A stretch of DNA of 64,000 nucleotides from a virus, in the IMG/VR virus record IMGVR_UViG_3300006802_000076, positions 30,498-94,497 of that record; one strand, given 5' to 3'. Position 1 is the first letter of the stretch. Every line of letters begins with the position of its first letter. Positions 57,826 to 64,000 of this stretch are shown here, in pieces. The translations under genes and the position numbers were made by a program. The notes beneath the pieces are model-generated. The model saw only the letters and a program-made list of their open reading frames with translations, was not told the origin of the DNA and ran no database searches.

Positions 57826-58200
57826 ATGCCTAAATTTTCCAACTACTATGTCGTTGAATTCAGATATCCTGTTGAAGTCCATGATGCTGATGGTGTAGGC
57901 CAGGCTGTTTCAAAAGGTATTAGAATGTGTGAAAGGGTCTGGGGCTTTAGACCTGATAGCTGGCACGCTAGAATCTTTGAATATACGACTGGTGAAGCTA
58001 TTCCTGGGCTATCTCGGGAGTTTTTCTATAATCCAAACTCTCATTCGTATAGGGAGATTGTGAAAAATATTGGGTATCATCAAGATATGGTTAATAAAGG
58101 ACTAACTCCTGATGATGTCTATGACTATGACAAGATTATTTCTAAAGCTTCGCTTGATGAGGAGGATGTTCCAATTGAACTTGAGAATGAAAGTGACTGA
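57826..58200 (+). CDS. Hypothetical protein
   Basis: GGAG SD. Confidence 0.65.
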   Translation: MPKFSNYYVVEFRYPVEVHDADGVGQAVSKGIRMCERVWGFRPDSWHARIFEYTTGEAIPGLSREFFYNPNSHSYREIVKNIGYHQDMVNKGLTPDDVYDYDKIISKASLDEEDVPIELENESD

Positions 58201-58444
58201 GATTGACTCTACATCCATTTCCGCCCTTGAATGGGTGAAGATGGGTGTCGATGTTATCGAAGATATCAATAAGGTAACTGGTTTTCTTCGTGCTACATTT
58301 ACCAATGGGACGCGTTATATTTATAAAGATGTCCCACTGGTAACTGCTCTGGCAGTTTTGAATCCTAGCGGATCTAGCTATTCCGTTGGGTCTAACTTCA
58401 ATGAGCATATTCGGTCAGCTAACTATGAATTCACTAAGGAATGA
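58187..58444 (+). CDS. KTSC domain protein
   Basis: 'STSISAL...F.NG..Y.Y.DVP...SVGSNFNEHIR..Y'. Confidence 0.75.
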   Translation: MKVTEIDSTSISALEWVKMGVDVIEDINKVTGFLRATFTNGTRYIYKDVPLVTALAVLNPSGSSYSVGSNFNEHIRSANYEFTKE

Positions 58445-58881
58445 GTGCAAAAAGAACTTGCGCTGGTTGTCAGAATAAATTCCCTCATCGCAACACTTCT
58501 AAATATAGAAATAAAAGCTGGTGCGGGTCATCTGTTTGTCGTGAAATTATTGATGACAAAGTAAAACATAACAATTATAAGCGCAAGGAGAAGAAGATAA
58601 ATAATGGCACATGGCGACTTGGTCTTGATAAAGACCATAGGATTTCGATCCTATCTCGCGATAATTACAAGTGTGCTAGATGTTATCGTGTTTCGGAAGA
58701 CTTTGGAGTGATGCAGGTACATCATATTGTCCCAGTTTCTGAAGGTGGGACTGATGAGAATAAAAATCTCATAACCTTGTGTAGTATGTGTCATACTAGA
58801 GTACATCAAATTGGATGGGAGGTTTATGTCACACCGTTTACAAAAAATGCTGAAAACGTGGAGAAAAACCACGAAGCCTAA
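58441..58881 (+). CDS. HNH endonuclease
   Basis: 'RDNYKCARC...VHHIVPVSEGG...NLITLCSMCH..VH'. Confidence 0.9.
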   Translation: MSAKRTCAGCQNKFPHRNTSKYRNKSWCGSSVCREIIDDKVKHNNYKRKEKKINNGTWRLGLDKDHRISILSRDNYKCARCYRVSEDFGVMQVHHIVPVSEGGTDENKNLITLCSMCHTRVHQIGWEVYVTPFTKNAENVEKNHEA

Positions 58882-59077
58882 TGATGATAAGTCTTTAGCT
58901 TATGTTTCTAGCTGGGTTGAGCATCTGAGCCGCGAGTTGAAAAGACATCGCGGTGACGAAGAATTCGTTATGGATCTGCTTGACGCTGCTGCTATCTATT
59001 TTTCAGATAGCTTTTCTGACAAAGAAAAGACGGACGCATTTATTTATGCGCTAGGATTGCTGTCTAGAAAGAGATAG
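58847..59077 (+). CDS. Hypothetical protein
   Basis: Fills gap to tRNA. Confidence 0.5.
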   Translation: MLKTWRKTTKPNDDKSLAYVSSWVEHLSRELKRHRGDEEFVMDLLDAAAIYFSDSFSDKEKTDAFIYALGLLSRKR

Positions 59078-59084
59078 CTGGTCC

Positions 59085-59158
59085 GCCCCAATATCCCAAT
59101 CGGCAGAGGAAGACGGCTTAAAACCGTTTAAGTGTGGGTTCGAATCCCACTTGGGGCA
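59085..59158 (+). tRNA. tRNA-Leu(TAA), short variable arm
   Basis: GCCCCAA/TTGGGGC; GACGG-CTTAAAA-CCGTT; GTTCGAATC. Confidence 0.92.
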
Positions 59159-59160
59159 CT

Positions 59161-59385
59161 ATGAAGAAAAAAATTGCACCTAGATGGGTATTAATGGAAA
59201 TACTTGATCTTTTGAGCGATGGAGTAAATATCTATAGCTGGGAAGATACTTGTGATTATCTTCAGAGACAAAATCGATTTACTATGCTAGACTGGATAAG
59301 AGATTACAGGCAACTATACACTTATAGTGTTATGTCGAAACAGTTCGAAAAAGTAGATTTCTATTATGGACGAGAAGAGTGGTGA
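59161..59385 (+). CDS. Hypothetical protein
   Basis: ATG 3 nt after tRNA. Confidence 0.55.
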   Translation: MKKKIAPRWVLMEILDLLSDGVNIYSWEDTCDYLQRQNRFTMLDWIRDYRQLYTYSVMSKQFEKVDFYYGREEW

Positions 59386-59719
59386 TCTTTTTACAGATTT
59401 AGTCTTGGAGCTTTTGACTGCTTATCTGCTTTCTAATTCTAACGAAAGCAGAAATTTAACGATGAAAGTAATGGACTCTGTAAGGAGTGATGATAAGTTT
59501 CTCGAAAGTGGCTTTTTGGAAGGTATGGTTTTCTCTTCGATTTTACACCTGTCAATGATGATAAATTATATCTCGTTAGTGACAGGTAAGTCGAATGAGG
59601 AAGTACTGAAAAGATATGCTCTTGTCTACCAAATGACTAAAGAAACCATTGCTAAGATGCCGCAAGTGCATCCCGAATTCGTTGCTAAGATAGCTGAAGA
59701 ATTCGGTGGCTTATATTAA
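59366..59719 (+). CDS. Hypothetical protein
   Basis: Coupled ORF. Confidence 0.6.
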   Translation: MDEKSGDLFTDLVLELLTAYLLSNSNESRNLTMKVMDSVRSDDKFLESGFLEGMVFSSILHLSMMINYISLVTGKSNEEVLKRYALVYQMTKETIAKMPQVHPEFVAKIAEEFGGLY

Positions 59720-59728
59720 TAAATATAT

Positions 59729-59802
59729 GCCGGGTGGTCCGAACGGTTTGACGGAAGTTGCCTTATAAGCAATTTGAACAGGTTCAATTCCTGTACCCGG
59801 TA
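59729..59802 (+). tRNA. tRNA-Ile(TAT)
   Basis: GCCGGGT/ACCCGGT; TCCG/CGGA D-stem; GTTGC-CTTATAA-GCAAT; ACAGG-TTCAATT-CCTGT; A73. Confidence 0.85.
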
Positions 59803-59820
59803 CTTTCATAGGAGGTTTAC

Positions 59821-60372
59821 ATGAAAACACTAATTATTTGGGCTATACTTACTCTGACAACAGTTGGATTTGCTTTAACCAAGGAACAAGGTGAAAATAC
59901 AAGAAACACACAGGCAACAACAACTACAACTTCGCAAGTTGATATTTTTGTTGATAACACTATTCCTGATTACGTAGCTGTAATCGAAACTACAACTACC
60001 ACGACTACAACAACTACGACTACTACTACGACAACGACTACAACATTGCCTGAAGGTGAGTGTTCGGAATGGTATTCTGTCGCTGTTGAGGCTGGTTGGG
60101 AAATTGATCAACTGAATAAAGTTGGTCGTATTATGTGGCGTGAGTCTCGTTGTGCTGCTGATGCTGCTAATAAGCATTATTCCTTTGGTCTTATGCAGAT
60201 TGAATGGTCTGCTCACAAGTCCTGGTTGAAGTCGGAGTTTGGTATCACTCAGCAAAGTGAGTTATATGATCCTTACGTGAATCTTCTTGTTTCTAAGTGG
60301 TTGTTTGATTGGGCAGATAATGCTTATGGTTGCGGATGGCAACCGTGGTATATGAGTGGCGATTGGTGCTAA
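59821..60372 (+). CDS. Exported lytic transglycosylase (SLT-like) with poly-Thr linker
   Basis: Signal/anchor helix, Thr run, 'IMWRESRC', 'GLMQI', 'LYDP..N', 'GWQPW'. Confidence 0.85.
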   Translation: MKTLIIWAILTLTTVGFALTKEQGENTRNTQATTTTTSQVDIFVDNTIPDYVAVIETTTTTTTTTTTTTTTTTTTLPEGECSEWYSVAVEAGWEIDQLNKVGRIMWRESRCAADAANKHYSFGLMQIEWSAHKSWLKSEFGITQQSELYDPYVNLLVSKWLFDWADNAYGCGWQPWYMSGDWC

Positions 60373-60391
60373 CTAAACAGAAAGATATGAT

Positions 60392-60664
60392 ATGACCATT
60401 GAATTGGAAAACGACAATACTATTGATTATAGTCATAACAAATACACTTGGGATGTTTATCCCGGTGTGGTTTTTTCGTTTGTAGATCATCCTGAAGAAA
60501 CAGTTTATGGTCCGGATGGTGAATTCCGTAGGGCTGAGAAATGTACCGATATGGCTATTATTCGTATGATTGGGGATATCGAAGAATTCATTGTTTACCT
60601 TGATGAGCTTGAAATTTATGAAGGTAATGTTTGCACTTGCGGTCAGGTAGGTTGTCAATGGTAA
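60392..60664 (+). CDS. Hypothetical protein
   Basis: 'MIGD...VCTCGQVGC'. Confidence 0.6.
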   Translation: MTIELENDNTIDYSHNKYTWDVYPGVVFSFVDHPEETVYGPDGEFRRAEKCTDMAIIRMIGDIEEFIVYLDELEIYEGNVCTCGQVGCQW

Positions 60665-61017
60665 ATTACAAATATCCAGTTTGGGCTATCAAGAGAGATG
60701 TTCGTGACGTTGAGATGCCTGTAAATGAAAGCGGTTACCCAGGTTATGATCATGCTATTTGGTATTGGTGGGATCTTAAAACTACCACTTTGAATACTTA
60801 TGATGGTGTGACTTGGGATGCCGCTGATTTCATTATTCGTTCCAAGAATAAGACTTTGATGGAGTCTCCTTATGTAAAAATTGAATGGGAGAGGCTTTCA
60901 GAAGACACTTGGAGAAAATATTGCATCACTGGTGGCTCTAAAACTGTTGTGGCTACTTTGACTAAGCGTGGTCGTATTGAGAATCCTGAGTCTACTTATA
61001 GATGGTATAAGGAGTAA
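60658..61017 (+). CDS. Hypothetical protein
   Basis: Coupled ORF. Confidence 0.6.
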   Translation: MVNYKYPVWAIKRDVRDVEMPVNESGYPGYDHAIWYWWDLKTTTLNTYDGVTWDAADFIIRSKNKTLMESPYVKIEWERLSEDTWRKYCITGGSKTVVATLTKRGRIENPESTYRWYKE

Positions 61018-61164
61018 TTGTGTCTAAGAAGTTGTATCTTGATGGATCTCCTGACACTTTCACTATGCGTGAGTTTCTTGAAATGAGAGACGCTGATAGT
61101 GTTGAGTCTATGAGAGGTGATGATTATGATGTATGGAGTTTCTTGAAAAAGAAGGAGAAAGATA

Positions 61165-61368
61165 ATGGGACCGAAGAATAGAAATGCTAAACTTGCTAGT
61201 GATGGCAAGCCACAGAAGCAAGTTATTGGAACCCACGTTAGATATATTGGTATGGGTGATAAGTGGTATACTTGTTCTGTTTGTGATCGCCGTTTCTTGC
61301 GTGGTTTCTTTTGGGAATCCGAAGGGAAGAGCGGCTGTACCCAAAGGTGTCTCAAGAAGCAACTCTAA
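61165..61368 (+). CDS. Small Cys-containing protein
   Basis: AAGGAG SD; CSVC...C...C. Confidence 0.6.
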   Translation: MGPKNRNAKLASDGKPQKQVIGTHVRYIGMGDKWYTCSVCDRRFLRGFFWESEGKSGCTQRCLKKQL

Positions 61369-61386
61369 TTACATGTGGGAGTGATA

Positions 61387-61665
61387 ATGGAAGATATCAA
61401 ATTCTTTACATTGGCTGAAGATGAAAGCGGTTTCCCAACTCCAGAAGATCTGATTGATAAGTTTATCTCTCTCCATAATGAGATGGGGATTGATGATGCT
61501 GACATGCTTGATCAGTCAATAGATTCGCTTATGGTTAATACCGCTCTAGCATTTGATGCTCAGTATGTTAAGGTTGAAAATAAAACCTATGTGTTCTTCC
61601 CTCATGATATACCTATAGATGAAGCTGTTGTTGTCTATAAAAATCAAAACAGAATAGAGTTTTAG
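61387..61665 (+). CDS. Acidic hypothetical protein
   Basis: GGGAG SD. Confidence 0.6.
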   Translation: MEDIKFFTLAEDESGFPTPEDLIDKFISLHNEMGIDDADMLDQSIDSLMVNTALAFDAQYVKVENKTYVFFPHDIPIDEAVVVYKNQNRIEF

Positions 61666-61671
61666 AAATAA

Positions 61672-61716
61672 ACGGGGGGTGCGAAATATTTCGCACCCCC
61701 CGTACCTTTTGTTTTT
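61672..61716 (+). terminator. Terminator formed by a perfect 32-bp palindrome
   Basis: ACGGGGGGTGCGAAAT|ATTTCGCACCCCCCGT, then T-rich tract. Confidence 0.8.
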
Positions 61717-61913
61717 ATTCGTTAGTTTGTTTCTGTATGGAGCTTATTGTGGCTAAATTGAAGTGTGAAGAGTGCGGTCGTGTTTTTGACCTTTCTAATG
61801 AAGAAGAGGCAGAGGAGTGGTATTACGGTCATGATTGCGAAGGGTGAGATAATCGCTCTGGTTCTGGCGATTTCTGCTGTTGTGTATGGTTACATTGTTC
61901 TTTTTGATATTAA

Positions 61914-62096
61914 GTGAGGTTTACTATGGTTGATGAATGCCTTATCCATCGAACGAATCTTGAGTATCTACATATCTGTATTCAGGATCTAGAGCAGGCT
62001 GGTATCGAACTTCCTTTAGGGGAGTATGATGACCTGTATAACATTATTGAAGAGGTGCGTGAGTATTTCTTTGATGTTGCCGAAGGGAAGAAATGA
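61914..62096 (+). CDS. Hypothetical protein
   Basis: GAGG SD before internal ATG. Confidence 0.5.
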   Translation: MRFTMVDECLIHRTNLEYLHICIQDLEQAGIELPLGEYDDLYNIIEEVREYFFDVAEGKK

Positions 62097-62197
62097 CTGT
62101 TTATAAAAAAATAATTATTGGTATTTCTGTTTTGGCTGTCATTTCTTGTTATGTCGGTCTCTATTATATCGTCACCCTTAGTTATTAAAAGGTTGTT

Positions 62198-62431
62198 ATG
62201 AATAACTATCCACCCGGTGTTTCTGGATTGGAACCAGAAATTGAAGGACCGCTTCGTGAAGAAGAAGTTGTTGTCGATTTCGTTTGTAAAAACTGTGTCG
62301 ATGATGGTAGAGAACGTTGGGGTTTTCTTCAGTTGTATCGTGACAAGTATTGGATTGTCTTTTGGGATTGTCCATCTTGTGGTACTGAGTATGTCAAAGA
62401 TGGTTATGATGAAAATGGATGGAGTAAGTGA
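62198..62431 (+). CDS. Zn-ribbon protein
   Basis: 'NYPPGVSG...CKNC...CPSCG'. Confidence 0.65.
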   Translation: MNNYPPGVSGLEPEIEGPLREEEVVVDFVCKNCVDDGRERWGFLQLYRDKYWIVFWDCPSCGTEYVKDGYDENGWSK

Positions 62432-62591
62432 TGTACATTGTTATGACCGGTAATCCGTTTGATGGTTACGAATTTTTTGGTCCTTTCGATGATGTTGATG
62501 ATGCTTGTTTTTGGGCTGATCGGAATGCTTCATGGGAATGGTATTCGGTGAAGATTGCTCCTGTTAATGAAGTGAAGGATGGTGATGTCTG

Positions 62592-62948
62592 ATGGGTGCT
62601 GATTTTATTTGGGCTAGAGCTGATATAAGCGAAGGGTTGGATGTTTGGGTTGAAAGACTTGAGCATCTTCCTGATGCTGAAGTTTTTTCAGCACTACTTT
62701 ATCATCATGATTGGGATCATTATGATGGCAATATTTATGCTGCTCGGTCTGAGATTATGTCTGCTATTGATGTTTGCTTTGACAGAAGCAGGAGGGATGT
62801 TGGTAGGGCATGGTTTGGTGATAATTGTGAGTATCTTATTACTGGCGGTTTGAGTTGGGGAGATGATCCAACTGAAGCTTTTGCTTCTGTCACATTATTC
62901 AGCGACTTTCAGTATTGGTATCGTTTCAGTATTGGTATCGTGAAGTAA
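62592..62948 (+). CDS. Conserved phage hypothetical protein
   Basis: 'MGADF...ITGGLSWGDDPT'. Confidence 0.7.
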   Translation: MGADFIWARADISEGLDVWVERLEHLPDAEVFSALLYHHDWDHYDGNIYAARSEIMSAIDVCFDRSRRDVGRAWFGDNCEYLITGGLSWGDDPTEAFASVTLFSDFQYWYRFSIGIVK

Positions 62949-62962
62949 GAGGGGCTTCTTTT

Positions 62963-63214
62963 ATGACTAATGAAGAAAGAGAAAGAATGGAGTATGGTCA
63001 AATGATGATTAGTTTGCATACTACCATTCCTGAGTGGATGCCTGAAAAGCTTGACGGTGATCGTGTTATTGGTTGGCGTTTGATGACTGAGGCGGTGAAT
63101 GGTGTAGCTAAGCCGGTTGGTTATCAGATCGTCTCAAATGGCGGGATCTATGAATCAAACATGGATGGCCTAATCTATAGAGCTACTAACTTGAATATGA
63201 TTGGAGAAAACTGA
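62963..63214 (+). CDS. Hypothetical protein
   Basis: GAGGGG SD. Confidence 0.55.
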   Translation: MTNEERERMEYGQMMISLHTTIPEWMPEKLDGDRVIGWRLMTEAVNGVAKPVGYQIVSNGGIYESNMDGLIYRATNLNMIGEN

Positions 63215-63429
63215 TGGAAAAGAAACTGCCGGAATTTATTTATGCTGTAAAGACTATCGCTTATGATGTGCAAGACATCGTAGACGATATTAGAAAGGCG
63301 GATCCTGATAAGGAAGAAATCGGGATCGAAGATGTCATTGATGTAATCGATATGCGTCTAGAAGATGACGATGACCACAAGGGCAATATGTTTACCTTGG
63401 TAGACGGAAATGGCTACGAATACGACTGA
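63214..63429 (+). CDS. Acidic hypothetical protein
   Basis: Last ORF before non-coding end. Confidence 0.6.
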   Translation: MEKKLPEFIYAVKTIAYDVQDIVDDIRKADPDKEEIGIEDVIDVIDMRLEDDDDHKGNMFTLVDGNGYEYD

Positions 63430-64000
63430 CAAATTTGCCGGGGTGAGATAAATAACTATCATATATATATCTACCCAGAGAAAGAAACAACAAACAGCAA
63501 ACCAACACACCAGATAAACCAGAAACAACCCCCGAAAAAAGAAAAACCAGATAAACAATCCTAACAAAAAGAAAAAAAGATCCTAACAAAACCCCTAAAA
63601 GATGTTGCGATCATTCAATAAACATGCAAGTAATCGTATGTTTATGCACAATTACGTGGGTTTTTTCCTGGTTTTCGTGGATTTTATGCATAATTACTGT
63701 ATATTTATGCATATTTATGCATTGCGATGCATAATTACTGTATAATCCTATGAAAAGACTAGGAAATATTCCAAGGGTGGGGTGGGTGTCTACTACTATC
63801 TCCTATGTATCCCCTATATAGGAAATAAGACATCTCACCCCGCCTTTTGGATTATCTGGGTTCTTTCAGCTGGTTATGTGTGTCTCCTCTATATAGGAAA
63901 TACAACACCTTATCCCGCCTTGTTTCTCCAGAATAAATGTTGACTACTTTGGTCGTCTTTTAGGCCCTGTAAATTCGGGGCCTAAAAAAATTTGTCTATA
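63430..64000. other. Repeat-rich non-coding region (candidate origin or genome-end region)
   Basis: A/C-rich tract, phased ATGCA motifs, 18-nt and 33-nt direct repeats, several hairpins. Confidence 0.55.

Noticed and set aside
63814-63921. 33-nt direct repeat as a mini-CRISPR
   Set aside because: Only two divergent copies and no CRISPR-like terminal motif
1-64000. Stop-codon reassignment
   Set aside because: Long genes are intact under the standard code; TAA, TAG and TGA all terminate genes; no suppressor tRNA

Overview
64 kb of a large (genome extends beyond the window), AT-leaning tailed dsDNA phage, almost entirely coded on the + strand. The host is probably actinobacterial (two WhiB genes, r1t-type holin, short-arm tRNA-Leu(TAA)), and gene order resembles large Streptomyces-type siphoviruses; both points are inference. 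Order: neck/tail module (1-22.7 kb; 3,644-aa tape measure, frameshifted tail chaperone, LamG/PA14 tail protein with a nested GC-rich insertion, S74-chaperoned fibre); replication/recombination block (DnaB, primase, SSB, DUF550, HAD nucleotidase, DnaE, RecA, Cas4-like, RuvC); Fe-S protein, glycosyltransferases and terminase (38.8-44.8 kb); a structured 500-bp control region; about 18 kb of small acidic/Cys-rich presumptive early genes; and a repeat-rich non-coding end. The most unusual signals are four. (1) A sharp-edged, decaying tract of extreme G+T strand bias covers dnaE, with no TTA/CTA/TCA codon in its first 875 codons. (2) The four tRNAs read exactly AAA, AGA, TTA and ATA, including a rare Ile(UAU); these codons are scarce in dnaE and the early genes but common in most late genes. 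(3) Unannotated structured RNAs flank tRNA-Arg. (4) There are two origin/terminus-like non-coding regions. All calls are by-eye motif recognition; no database search was run.
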